64,000 nucleotides of DNA from Pirellulaceae bacterium (GTDB lineage: Bacteria > Planctomycetota > Planctomycetia > Pirellulales > Pirellulaceae): positions 25,689 through 89,688 of the forward strand of contig JBGTJE010000103.1 of assembly GCA_041745295.1 (NCBI GenBank), read 5' to 3'. Below, in pieces: positions 10,636 through 20,414 of the stretch. The translations under genes and the position numbers were made by a program. The notes under the pieces were generated by a model. That model had not been told where the DNA came from. It did not search any database and saw only the letters and a program-made list of their open reading frames with translations. The first letter of the stretch is position 1, and every line of letters starts with the position of its first letter.

Positions 10636-11952
10636 CTATTCCTGTTTCCTCGCCACTTCGTGTTCCGGTTCGCTTCTGCCCAACACTCCTTGAGATTGCC
10701 TCAAGCGAACGACATCCTTTTCGAGTTCGACAATTTCGTGAATCAATTCTGAACGCAGAGTCAGCAGCCGCAATTTGAGTTCGAGGTCGGACTTGAGGTC
10801 GATTGGCTGCAGATCTTTCCCTTCGACCGAGGCTTCCAGAGATTCCTGAACACTAGCGATTGATTGGCGCTTTAGTTCAATTACGCGGAGACGGGTGGCG
10901 ATCGAGTCGACGGCATCGCTGACTTCCATTTCGATCATGTCGCGGCGAAGTCTGGCGAGGTTTTCGACTTGGCATCGCCGATTGGCCGCTTCGGATTCGC
11001 GGCTCTCTTCGGACTGTCGCGATCCAAAAAGTCCGCGGCCGCCGGCGATGATTCCCAACAAGGGACTTGTACTCCGCGCGGTGGCCCTCAGCCATTCCAG
11101 CATTTCGCTCGAGCCGCCGTCGTACGCCAAGCACCTTAAAGCCGCCAAATCAGTTCGGTTTTCAAACGCCACAGCTATCTCGGCGTTTCGGTCGAACGCG
11201 GCCACAGGTTGCGATTGATAATTGGTCCAAATCGGCGCGACGTATCGTTTGTCAAGTTGCAGCAGCGATTCTAGCTGGGCGTTGAGTTGATTCTGTTGAT
11301 GGTGGAGACGCTCGCTTCGTTCATCCAACTCGAGTCGTTGCCGAAAAAATTCGCGATCGTCGAACGGAACGCTGACCAAGTTTTCTCGAAGCTTGGCTAC
11401 GGTTGCCGTCGCGTCGTCGATTGGGACTTTGGATTGGATAAGGAGCTCGTGCTGCAGGTGGACTTCAACCAAATTCAAATAGGCCTCCATCGCCTGACCG
11501 GCGGATTGGTTTCGCTCGTACGCCGCCGTTAGGTCCAGCAGTTTCCGAGCAGCGGCAGGAGTCGTTGGCGAACGACAGAGAATCGCCTTCTCTTTTTGAA
11601 TCGCCTGAGCAATCGGCGACGAGCGAGCGGCCAAGTATTCGGTCTGCTGGATCGTCAAATCGCGCAGGCTTCCATTGGGCTCGTCGACAAAGGGAACGCC
11701 CGCGTGCGACCATTCAATCGCGCTCAATTGAATCGCGGCGCGACTCTCCAGGGAGATGGACGCCAGCCGATTGACCTCGGGAGTCGGGCAACACGTCGAC
11801 AATGACTCCGGAGGCCGGCGGCAGATCGTGCAGCCGGTCGCCATCAAGATGATCAACCCAATCGAAAATTGTCGGAGCGTAACCAATGTCGGTCTAAATC
11901 CGCGAAGGGGAGCCTGTCGAAAATTGCCGTTGCAACGCCTGCTAGCTTTCAC
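10636..11952 (-). CDS. Hypothetical secreted coiled-coil protein with a lipoprotein-like signal, possibly a TolC-like outer membrane factor
   Basis: N-terminal hydrophobic segment IGLIILMATGC. Long predicted helical and coiled-coil repeats. 438 aa, similar in size to TolC. No definitive motifs. Confidence 0.35.
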   Translation of the reverse strand: MKASRRCNGNFRQAPLRGFRPTLVTLRQFSIGLIILMATGCTICRRPPESLSTCCPTPEVNRLASISLESRAAIQLSAIEWSHAGVPFVDEPNGSLRDLTIQQTEYLAARSSPIAQAIQKEKAILCRSPTTPAAARKLLDLTAAYERNQSAGQAMEAYLNLVEVHLQHELLIQSKVPIDDATATVAKLRENLVSVPFDDREFFRQRLELDERSERLHHQQNQLNAQLESLLQLDKRYVAPIWTNYQSQPVAAFDRNAEIAVAFENRTDLAALRCLAYDGGSSEMLEWLRATARSTSPLLGIIAGGRGLFGSRQSEESRESEAANRRCQVENLARLRRDMIEMEVSDAVDSIATRLRVIELKRQSIASVQESLEASVEGKDLQPIDLKSDLELKLRLLTLRSELIHEIVELEKDVVRLRQSQGVLGRSEPEHEVARKQE

Positions 11953-12351
11953 TCACAAAAGCGACGGCTTCTATTAGTTATCGACTTCGTTTCGGCACTC
12001 ATTCAGCGATTCAAGTCGCAGGAAAAACACAGGCAGCAGCATCCCACTCCAAACGACTACATGATTATGGAAGAATGCATGTGCGAATTTACGCTCAATG
12101 TGCACATGGATTCACGCTTCGACGAATCTCGACTGTTAATTTGGGAAGTTTCGCTAGACGAGTTAAATCGATCGACGATCGAATTGATTCTGTTTCGCAA
12201 GACATTTTTTTGGGAATTTGAACTGACGTTCGCAACGATTGGCAATTTGGTGTGATCCATCTACCTTTGCTCGGGGACAGCGCTGGAGTCACCCGTAAAG
12301 CACAAGACAACGCTGTGAAGGACAATTGATTGAATATTTAGCAGGTTCAGA

Positions 12352-12412
12352 TCGTTTAACGGCAAGCCGACGGCGATTGCGTCACTCTTGCCTTCTGCTT
12401 GCCGTTAAACGA
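12352..12412. repeat. Perfect 16-bp inverted repeat (tcgtttaacggcaagc / gcttgccgttaaacga) with a 29-nt loop. Member of a GC-rich palindromic repeat family.
   Basis: It shares GTTTAACGGCAAGCCG..GGCGA with the reverse complement of 35864..35893, and the AGCCGA[AC]GGCG core with 27191..27201. Confidence 0.6.
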
Positions 12413-12685
12413 ACCAATGAAAGCTTCGTTGAGAACCTGTGGCCGGATGAGCAGCATCGAGGTCTAGATTCCGTCGGTCGGTCGGTACAACGAATCTGAT
12501 ATTGCATTTGCGGCCACCCATGCGCTCAAATGAGTGCTTCGATGCCATCGGCTAATTAGGTTTCATTGGTCGATCGACCGATTTTTGCGAACCAATGACG
12601 CGAATCATTCGTACAACCCCCGCGGCCCGCGAACAAACCGACGCAGGGCAAGCAACTGGGACTTAGCCACTTACAGGGGCGCACC

Positions 12686-13105
12686 ATGGTCAAAACCCAA
12701 AACCGACAATCGACGCGAGCACGGTTCGACGAGTTGTCTCACCACGACGTGACCGCAACGCAACTGATGTCGCAGCGTCAAGTCGACGCGACCCTCGTTC
12801 ACGCTGCGGTTGGCGGCGGCGAAATGGTCATCGTCGACGATGGCAAAATTAATGCGGCCGTCATTGAAGCCGCGCACGACGAGACGGACGAACTGGCGCG
12901 GATCGAACAGGAGACTCGCAAAGTACTTTGTGGTCGACCGATTCATTTCAAATTGGTTCAGGAAGAGAACGGCTGGGCGGTCTCGGCGGTCGTCCCCACC
13001 TATTATTCGAAGCAACTCTTGTTGCGAGCCGTCCAACACGCGTGCACGCCGGCCGTTGTCTTCGACCGCATCTGCGTTCCCTATCCGTCGTGTAATCGTC
13101 CGTAA
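12686..13105 (+). CDS. Hypothetical protein (139 aa)
   Basis: ORF with an ATG start that fills the gap between the repeat region and MITE copy 2. No recognisable motifs. Confidence 0.35.
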   Translation: MVKTQNRQSTRARFDELSHHDVTATQLMSQRQVDATLVHAAVGGGEMVIVDDGKINAAVIEAAHDETDELARIEQETRKVLCGRPIHFKLVQEENGWAVSAVVPTYYSKQLLLRAVQHACTPAVVFDRICVPYPSCNRP

Positions 13106-13159
13106 CGATGTGGGGCATTGCGTGTGTTGAAGTTGACGTTTTAGCGCGGGGCTTTTGTT

Positions 13160-13330
13160 GTAGGTCTCGCGAGCCGAGCGAGAACTTGCGCCAATACGAT
13201 TTCACCAATTCGATTGGCGTTCAATGTCAGTAACGTCTACCGAATTCTGTTTGGACGGCTCGGCGGGTTACGTGATTTGGACCAGCGAATTTATTGGTCG
13301 TGCGATGTCTCGCTCGACTCGCGAGACCGA
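13160..13330. repeat. MITE-like palindromic element, copy 2. It shares the gtaggtctcgcgagccgagcgaga left terminus with copy 1, has a degenerate right TIR, and a different core.
   Basis: The left end 13160..13183 is identical to 7689..7712. The right end is tctcgctcgactcgcgagacc (13308..13328), one mismatch in the TIR core. It lies between convergent genes. Confidence 0.6.
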
Positions 13331-13375
13331 CGGCCCAAATTGAACGATTGTGATGCCGCTCCTTCGCGAACACCA

Positions 13376-14980
13376 TCAGCGGACCATCGCCTGGGTTTCA
13401 AAATCTTGCAGGCGATCGGCAACGGCAAGGCGTTTGGCATCCTGCGACGTCTTTTCGTAGAACTTGGCTTTATTCCATAAGCACTGATAGGCCTGCTCCG
13501 GTTCTTGGCAAGCCTCGAATTCCTGCTGGACTTGATCCAATAACGGGATGCCTTCGTCTTCGCGTCCGCGAATCAACAATCCCAAACTGTAATCGGCTTG
13601 GGCTCGCAAACGATCGCGCGGGGGCCACGTGGCGCTCGAGGCCAATGCCGTTTTCAGCAGATTGAGGCCTTGGGCGACCGCGCCATTTTGCAATTTGATC
13701 GCGCCAAGGACCGCTTTAGCACGATCTTGCAGAGTCGCATCGGACGCTTCGCTGATCAGGCGAATCAAAATAGCGGATGCTGCCCCTGGTTGTCCCGTGG
13801 CGATCATCGCCCGAGCCTCGTGCAGGCGCAGTTCCGTTTGAAGCTCCAGCTTTGTGAACAAGGCCTCGGATTTTTTCAAGGCCAGCAGGGCATTTTGGCC
13901 TTCGTCGCGATTCAAATGCATTGCCCCAACCGTGAGCCAAACGACTGCTTCGGTACTTTCGCCGGAGATGGTTTCGCTATCTGGCAAAAATCCTTGGTTG
14001 ACCAAGAAGTCGACTTGCTGCGCCAGTATTTCTTGGGGCCAAGCGGCATTGCTGGGATGTAAATAGGCGGCTCGTGTCCAAAACACTGGGTCGAGCAGGT
14101 GGTCGTCGCCGAGCAATTGGGCGTGGTCGCTAACGGCTTGGGCCCAAGTCTGCCGCCACATTTCGAGATTGCCCGAATGGCGATAAAACTCGCCGAGCAA
14201 CAAGCGCAACTGCGACGCCAAATACATCGACGAACGATCGGCGATCGCGACAGCCTGATTCAGTTGCTGAATCGCAACGTCGCTTCGCCTTGACGTTAGG
14301 TGAGCAATCGATTGCAGGCGCCGACACTCGATGTCCACAAATGGCAGCGGATTTTTCGGCAGTAGCTTGTCGAGTTGCAGCGCCAACGCCTGCTCGGGTT
14401 GATCTTGTTCTAGATACGCCACAAACTTGGAGTGGCCTTGTAACCACCGCTCACGATCAGGACCCGTCCAGGCGTGGTAATCTCGACAGAGTCGCGAATC
14501 CGTTGTCGCCCAGTGCGAATCGAAGACATCCGCGATGACTCCCAGCGCAACGTCGGCTTGCGCGGCGTTTGGGTCACCCGACAATGCCGTTAACGCCATA
14601 TCGGGATATCGGAGGACCAAGGTTTGGGCCGAGCGAAAGCGTCGTTGTTCGATCAAGTCGGCGACGGATTGTTGAAATTCGTGGTCGGCAAACGCCAAGT
14701 GATCGGCTTCGCCTAAAACCACGCCGCCGCCATCCCAACGAAAATTTTTGCCCGTTTTGCTTGATGGGCCGAGTTGTTGAGCTTGATCTATGGCGCCACT
14801 CTGCGCGCCGTCCGGATGAGTCGCTGCGTTTTCAGTCGAATCCGCCAGATCGACATTGTCGGAGCTATTCCAATTTAAGAGCGAGCAACCGCCGACAAAT
14901 GCGAGCACCAACACCGCAGCACCTGAGGCCGATCGCGTCAAAGGATTGTGGTGCATCGGAGGTATTGATTGCATTGTCAA
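13376..14980 (-). CDS. Secreted TPR-like repeat protein (534 aa)
   Basis: N-terminal signal-like segment AAVLVLAFVGGCSLL. Repeated helical TPR-like units (ALALQLD..., YLEQDQPEQA...). Confidence 0.5.
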   Translation of the reverse strand: MTMQSIPPMHHNPLTRSASGAAVLVLAFVGGCSLLNWNSSDNVDLADSTENAATHPDGAQSGAIDQAQQLGPSSKTGKNFRWDGGGVVLGEADHLAFADHEFQQSVADLIEQRRFRSAQTLVLRYPDMALTALSGDPNAAQADVALGVIADVFDSHWATTDSRLCRDYHAWTGPDRERWLQGHSKFVAYLEQDQPEQALALQLDKLLPKNPLPFVDIECRRLQSIAHLTSRRSDVAIQQLNQAVAIADRSSMYLASQLRLLLGEFYRHSGNLEMWRQTWAQAVSDHAQLLGDDHLLDPVFWTRAAYLHPSNAAWPQEILAQQVDFLVNQGFLPDSETISGESTEAVVWLTVGAMHLNRDEGQNALLALKKSEALFTKLELQTELRLHEARAMIATGQPGAASAILIRLISEASDATLQDRAKAVLGAIKLQNGAVAQGLNLLKTALASSATWPPRDRLRAQADYSLGLLIRGREDEGIPLLDQVQQEFEACQEPEQAYQCLWNKAKFYEKTSQDAKRLAVADRLQDFETQAMVR

Positions 14981-14986
14981 CTCGGC

Positions 14987-17086
14987 TTAATAACGCTTCG
15001 GCACGACGTTGTGAAAACGGAACTCTTTGTGGAGCTGACACTGATCCGAGTCGACTTGCATGACCTCATCCGGTGAAAACGTGTGGAGCGTGTGCTCTTC
15101 GGTCCCTGCAATTGGATGAACACTCAAGGTCGCCACAAGTTCGCGGCTCAGGCAGGCGGATTCGGAGGGCGTGTTGAATATGTACGGGCGGATCATGACG
15201 ACGAGTTCTCTCCGATTGCGGCCCGTGTTTTGATTGCGAAAAAGGATTCCCACATATGGCAACTTGCCAAGGACTGGAATTTGGGTTCGCGTGTCAATGA
15301 CTTGCTCTTCGATTAACCCGCCTAATGCCACCGCCAACCCGTCTTTGGCAACGATCGTCCCGCTGATCGTGCTGCGATTCACAGTATCGACCGGCTGATT
15401 GATGACCGTTCCATTGGGGATGATTAGTGGAATTCGGCCTCCGTTCTGAACCCGCCGCGCATTTTCTTGAATCACGCGCAGCGTCACCGTGCGATCGGCG
15501 TTGATACTAGGTGTAATAAAAAGCGATTGGCCAACGTCCCGTAATTCGGTGATCGGCGTGCCCGTTATCGTCGTGTTGTTATTGCCCGCTGCGATAACCT
15601 GCGGCGGGTTGAAGCCCACGGTAAAGGGAATCGTATCGCCGATGAAGATTCGACTGACTTCATTGTTCGCGGTCAACAGTAGCGGCGTGTTGAGTACGGT
15701 AACCCGATTGTCATCCTCGAGTATTTGCATGCGGGCCCGAAAGCTATTGCTGACGACTTGAAATGTCAGATCGCCTTGGTTGAGCACGGCTCCGCCAGGC
15801 AGCATCGACGCCGTGCGCCGCGCGGCTCCGACGAGTGCGTCTGATGGCGTGGGCAAAATATCTCCCGACGTGAAACTTCCCGCGGCCGTCCCGCCGTCGG
15901 AAAACTCGAAGTCGAACATGCTGTGGAAATCATCATCCAATGCAATCGACATGACTTTGACTTCGAGCAACACTAAAGGCGTGGGCACGTCGAGATGTTG
16001 AATCAGATTCTCAATTTGTGTCATGGTGGCTTGGTCACCCGTCCGCACGATGACTTGGTTGTTTCGTCGGACGACGGTCACATAAATCGTGGCTTGCCGC
16101 TCTTCCAGCAATTTTGCCACAGCGTCCCCAGTTTCCGGCGATGGCTGGGTTTGCTCGGATGGCGAAGGCTGCCCGGACTGCAATGACTGGATGAGCTGTT
16201 GAATCTGTTCGGAACTCAGATCGCGGAGAGGCAGGTATTCGTTGCTGATGGCACCCGGTTGCGGAAACTGCCGCCGCGCATTGTTATTGGAGGTAAAGCC
16301 GCCCAGGCCGTTGATCGCGCTCATGGAAGGCCGCCCGCCAAAGGAATAATTGCCTTGAAAGGCGCCCAAGCCCAGGCTTCGCCCATCGACCAAATCGAAC
16401 CGGTTTAGTCGATACACCAAATCCATTACCGAGTCTTCGTCGCCGATCCCGAAATTCAGTCGGACGCGCTCGCCAAACAGATCCCGAATCGCCACCGCGA
16501 CGTCGACCGGGTTGGGGTAGAGCAACGTAAAAACTTGCGTTTGCTCATCGCGAAAACTGGCAAGGTTGCTTTCGTATTCTTTGGTCGTGAAGATGCGAAT
16601 GATGCCCGACGTTTCATCGATTCGAAAGTACAAATCGTGCGTTTTGGTGAGGCTCTCCAGGACATCCATCGCTCGGACGTCGTGGAGAAAAAGATTGACT
16701 GTAACTTTGTTGGCTTCCTGTGACGCCACGATGTTCAGTTTGGATTGCTCGGCAAACGCCCGAATGACTTCGTTGAGCGTTTGATCGCGAAAATCAACCA
16801 ACTCGATGATGTCGTCCGGCGGAATGAAGTTGGATGGGTAGCTGTTAGCCCGGGACACAACCTCCTGGGAACGAAATTGTTCGGCCGCTTCGAGGAATTT
16901 TGGATATTCGGCGCTGTCGCTGAGCGTGGTTTCCAACGGATCGGCAATTTCGCTGGCGGTCGATTCTTGGGCAAACGCGTTGCGCGGCAATCCGAAGGCC
17001 GCAATCCCAAAGATGACTGAAGCAAAGACGACTGGAATCGCTGTTGGGCGATCCAGGCAGCGAACGTGGCGAATCCTTTGCAACAT
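14987..17086 (-). CDS. Secretin of a type IV pilus / type II secretion system (GspD/PilQ family)
   Basis: Signal peptide, N-terminal N-domains, and a C-terminal secretin domain (VVSNSFRARMQILEDDNRVTVLNTPLLLTANNEVSRIFIGDTIPF ... IPVLGKLPYVGILFRNQNTGRNRRELVVMIRP). Confidence 0.85.
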   Translation of the reverse strand: MLQRIRHVRCLDRPTAIPVVFASVIFGIAAFGLPRNAFAQESTASEIADPLETTLSDSAEYPKFLEAAEQFRSQEVVSRANSYPSNFIPPDDIIELVDFRDQTLNEVIRAFAEQSKLNIVASQEANKVTVNLFLHDVRAMDVLESLTKTHDLYFRIDETSGIIRIFTTKEYESNLASFRDEQTQVFTLLYPNPVDVAVAIRDLFGERVRLNFGIGDEDSVMDLVYRLNRFDLVDGRSLGLGAFQGNYSFGGRPSMSAINGLGGFTSNNNARRQFPQPGAISNEYLPLRDLSSEQIQQLIQSLQSGQPSPSEQTQPSPETGDAVAKLLEERQATIYVTVVRRNNQVIVRTGDQATMTQIENLIQHLDVPTPLVLLEVKVMSIALDDDFHSMFDFEFSDGGTAAGSFTSGDILPTPSDALVGAARRTASMLPGGAVLNQGDLTFQVVSNSFRARMQILEDDNRVTVLNTPLLLTANNEVSRIFIGDTIPFTVGFNPPQVIAAGNNNTTITGTPITELRDVGQSLFITPSINADRTVTLRVIQENARRVQNGGRIPLIIPNGTVINQPVDTVNRSTISGTIVAKDGLAVALGGLIEEQVIDTRTQIPVLGKLPYVGILFRNQNTGRNRRELVVMIRPYIFNTPSESACLSRELVATLSVHPIAGTEEHTLHTFSPDEVMQVDSDQCQLHKEFRFHNVVPKRY

Positions 17087-17157
17087 CCTTGTCGCCTTTA
17101 GACCCTGTCCGGGTCACATCCGCGCTTCATGCGTCGGCATGCATCGACGGATAGTCG

Positions 17158-17670
17158 TCAATCGTAGATCACGACGGTGCGATCTAGCTCTGGGAACTTT
17201 AATTCGATCACGTCTTTAGTGATTTTCTCCACTCGCATCAAGATCCAAACCCCATTGGTGAGCGGGATTGTCATTTCGACGTTGTTGCGAATGCGGAAGC
17301 TCCGCTCGCCCAATTGCAGAACGGCCATCGACGATTCCCCTGCCAGCACTTTGGATTTCAGCGAGAAATTTGGCAATTCCAGGAGTTGCTTGCGCAGTCG
17401 TTCATTTTCCAGTTTGAGTTCCTGCGTCAGTTTGGCGACCTGGAGCGTCAAGCTAGCGAGCTCGGCCTTCAGGGTAATATTTTCCGTCTTGAGCAGGGTG
17501 TTTTCGCCGATGTACTTGTCCAATTTCTCGACGTCGCGAATTTTGGCTAGCGTTTGTTGGACGATGGTGCTCGGCGCCGCGGGGTCGGCCGCCGGCTCTT
17601 GGGCAATCGCGGCTGAGGTCGTCAGGACCCAAGCTAGAGTGAGCACAGTCAATCGAATCGTGTTACGCAT
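17158..17670 (-). CDS. Periplasmic secretin-associated protein, PilP/GspC-like (170 aa)
   Basis: Signal peptide ...SAAIAQEP, a coiled coil, and a C-terminal beta-rich domain. Lies between the secretin and the platform protein. Confidence 0.45.
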   Translation of the reverse strand: MRNTIRLTVLTLAWVLTTSAAIAQEPAADPAAPSTIVQQTLAKIRDVEKLDKYIGENTLLKTENITLKAELASLTLQVAKLTQELKLENERLRKQLLELPNFSLKSKVLAGESSMAVLQLGERSFRIRNNVEMTIPLTNGVWILMRVEKITKDVIELKFPELDRTVVIYD

Positions 17671-17691
17671 ATTTCACCCCCGAATGTTAGA

Positions 17692-18894
17692 TTAATTTCC
17701 CGCCGAAAAAAGGGCCAAGAAGAACGCGATGTAAATGTAGCCCACGACACCGCCGACCAATAACGTGATCGCTGGTGTCGCGATAGCCTGGAGACGTTGC
17801 ACCGATGCTTGAAACTGGTCCTCATGAAATTCGGCCGCTTCGCGCATGACACGTGCCATTTCGCCCGACTGTTGACCGACGGAGACCATCTTGTTGAACA
17901 TTGGTGTAAATCCTCGAGGGGACGTCACGGCTTCCGATAGACTGGTGCCGCGAATGATCTTCTCGCGAGCCGCGGCCACGATTTGGGAAAGCGAGCTATT
18001 TCGCAGAAGCGTTTGCACTGTTCCCAGGGCTTCCGTCAGCGTGAGTCCGCTCTCGAGCATCATATGCAACCCACGTGCGAACGTCGCGGTTTCTTGATTT
18101 CTGATCAGCGGTCCGAGCACGGGGATCCTGAGCAATCCGCGGTCGATCCACAGCCGACCTCGCTCCGAGCCATAGGCAAACGCCATCAAGGCAAACGCGG
18201 CGACTCCACAGCCGGCGATGGCCACGAAGTTGTCACGCAGCCATTGCGTCCCGCGAATCAATTGCTGGGTCATCGCGGGCATCTCGCGTCCCAAGCTTTC
18301 CAAATAAACTTGAAGCCGAGGCATCAAATAGACGACCAAGTACACGGTCACGAACAGCGCGAGGAGCAGAACGAGCGCCGGGTAAATCGTCGCCGACCAA
18401 AACTGTTGCCTCGCTTTGCGGTGTTTTCGCATCGTGTTGGCCGCGCGAAGTACGACCGGCTCGAGGTCCCCCGTTTGCTCTCCGACTTCGATCAGGCGAA
18501 CGGCAAAATCTGGGAGTCGAGCCTGCCGGCGGAGGGCCTGGCTCAAGCCCATGCCGTTTTGAATGCTCTGGCCGACCTCGCGCCACATCCGGGCCAGCGT
18601 GCGGACGTCGGCTTGCTCGACGATCGTGTCAATTGCCGCCAGCAGCGTCATTCCACTACGAATCATGATCGCCAGTTGCTGCAACGAGATTTCGATCTGA
18701 AGGTCGCTCGGACCGAGCGTCCACGTCCAGCGATTCGATTGGGCTTGGGCCAAGACAATTGCCTGTTCGATTCGCAACACAATCCAACCTCGATCGCGCA
18801 ATTGCGATGTGGCGACATGTCGCGACGCGGCTTGGATGACACCGCTGCGTGCGATTCCTTGGTCGTCGCGAGCTTTGAATGCGAATTCGGGCAT
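17692..18894 (-). CDS. Inner-membrane platform protein GspF/PilC family
   Basis: 400 aa. Duplicated GspF domains with three TM segments. Lies next to GspE. Confidence 0.8.
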   Translation of the reverse strand: MPEFAFKARDDQGIARSGVIQAASRHVATSQLRDRGWIVLRIEQAIVLAQAQSNRWTWTLGPSDLQIEISLQQLAIMIRSGMTLLAAIDTIVEQADVRTLARMWREVGQSIQNGMGLSQALRRQARLPDFAVRLIEVGEQTGDLEPVVLRAANTMRKHRKARQQFWSATIYPALVLLLALFVTVYLVVYLMPRLQVYLESLGREMPAMTQQLIRGTQWLRDNFVAIAGCGVAAFALMAFAYGSERGRLWIDRGLLRIPVLGPLIRNQETATFARGLHMMLESGLTLTEALGTVQTLLRNSSLSQIVAAAREKIIRGTSLSEAVTSPRGFTPMFNKMVSVGQQSGEMARVMREAAEFHEDQFQASVQRLQAIATPAITLLVGGVVGYIYIAFFLALFSAGN

Positions 18895-18908
18895 CAGCGA
18901 AAGGGCCT

Positions 18909-20414
18909 TTACGGATTGACGGTGGCAATCGTTTCGGCAAACGCGGTCGTGCCGCCGCGCAGTTTCTCGATCGCGTCATCGACCAAAAACGGATTCCCTT
19001 GGTTTGCCAAATAGGTGACGAGCTCGCCCTCGGGCTTTCGATCGGCGACTAGTTTTGCGAGCGCGCGATCGAACGGCACAAGTTCAAAGATCCCCGTGCG
19101 CCCGTCGTAACCGGTACCTGCGCAGAACTTGCAGCCGATCGGTTCAAAGACCGGCGATCCAGCCAACTCGGGACGTGCGATGCCGGCCGCTTGATCGTCG
19201 CTCATTGGAACCGCCCGGCGGCAATGCGCGCAGATTTTGCGCACCAACCGCTGCGCGACGAACAACCGCGCGATGGCGCCGACGAGAAAAGGCTTGATTC
19301 CCATATCGACCAGTCGGCTGACTGTTGTTGTCGCTGAATTGGTGTGCAGCGTCGTGAGCACGAGGTGCCCGGTCAAAGCGGCTTTGACGGCGATCTCGGC
19401 GGTCTCCTCGTCTCGAATTTCGCCGATCATGAGGACGTCGGGGTCGTGCCGTAATACGCCGCGCAAGGCCTTGTGAAAGTTGACTTTGTCGGCCGTATCC
19501 ACTTCCACCTGGGATACCCCGTCGATGACATACTCGACCGGATCCTCGATCGTGATTACGTTCAGCGATCGCTTGGCGATCATCGTGCGAATCGCAGCGT
19601 ACAGCGTCGTCGTTTTGCCGCATCCGGTCGGACCGGTGAGCACAATCAGGCCGTTGGGTTGCTGGATGGCTTGGGCGAATGTCCTCAGATCCCGCTGCGA
19701 CATGCCGAGCATTTCCAAGGTCAATTGATGCGTGCGCGTGGCCAAAAGCCGCAGCGTCATGCGTTCCCCGTGTTTGGTTGGAATCGTGGCAGCCCGCACG
19801 TCCGTGGCTTGAGAAGTCTCCTGCCCGAGGGTCAAACGGCCGTCTTGCGCGGCGCGGCGCTCCGCGATATCCATTCCCGCGAGGACTTTGAGCCGCGAAA
19901 TGAGGGCGTGGTGCACGACACTGGGAATGCGTCGATAATCTTCCAGCAATCCGTCGACTCGGAGGCGAATGCGGACATCCCTTTCGCCCGGTTCGATGTG
20001 AATATCGGTGGCTTCGCGAATCAAAGCGGCGTGAAAGATCTCATCGCTCAGAGCGACCAGATCGAGACCGTCCAGGTCACCGTCTGAAGCGCGTTGAGCG
20101 AACGAAATGCGCATCGGGACCGATTGATTTGCCGAGTTTCCCGATTCGCGAAAAACCCGCTGAATGGCCCGTTCCAGCGAATCGGGCTCCGCGAGTTGGA
20201 CTTCGATCGGCGACTCGACGTACCGTTCAACCGCTTGCAGACCTTGGACATCGCCAGGGTCTTTGCAAGCAACTAGGACTTTGTTGGAGAGCTTGGCAAA
20301 GGGGAGCAGCTGTCGGCGGATCGCCAGATTTGCCGGGATGCGCAGCGCCCAACTTGGGTCAATTTTGACTTGATCCAAATCTAACAGTTCGGATTCAGTT
20401 TCCTGGATCGTCAT
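18909..20414 (-). CDS. Assembly ATPase GspE/PilB family
   Basis: Walker A GPTGCGKTT, Asp and His boxes (IGEIRD, LTGHLVLTTLHTNSA), and a C-terminal tetracysteine motif CAHC...CKFCAGTGYDGR. Confidence 0.9.
   Translation of the reverse strand: MTIQETESELLDLDQVKIDPSWALRIPANLAIRRQLLPFAKLSNKVLVACKDPGDVQGLQAVERYVESPIEVQLAEPDSLERAIQRVFRESGNSANQSVPMRISFAQRASDGDLDGLDLVALSDEIFHAALIREATDIHIEPGERDVRIRLRVDGLLEDYRRIPSVVHHALISRLKVLAGMDIAERRAAQDGRLTLGQETSQATDVRAATIPTKHGERMTLRLLATRTHQLTLEMLGMSQRDLRTFAQAIQQPNGLIVLTGPTGCGKTTTLYAAIRTMIAKRSLNVITIEDPVEYVIDGVSQVEVDTADKVNFHKALRGVLRHDPDVLMIGEIRDEETAEIAVKAALTGHLVLTTLHTNSATTTVSRLVDMGIKPFLVGAIARLFVAQRLVRKICAHCRRAVPMSDDQAAGIARPELAGSPVFEPIGCKFCAGTGYDGRTGIFELVPFDRALAKLVADRKPEGELVTYLANQGNPFLVDDAIEKLRGGTTAFAETIATVNP

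Noticed and set aside
17983-19014. 343-aa plus-strand ORF overlapping the GspF/GspE genes
   Set aside because: It is antisense to two well-supported secretion genes. Its composition is Arg/His/Gln-rich low-complexity.
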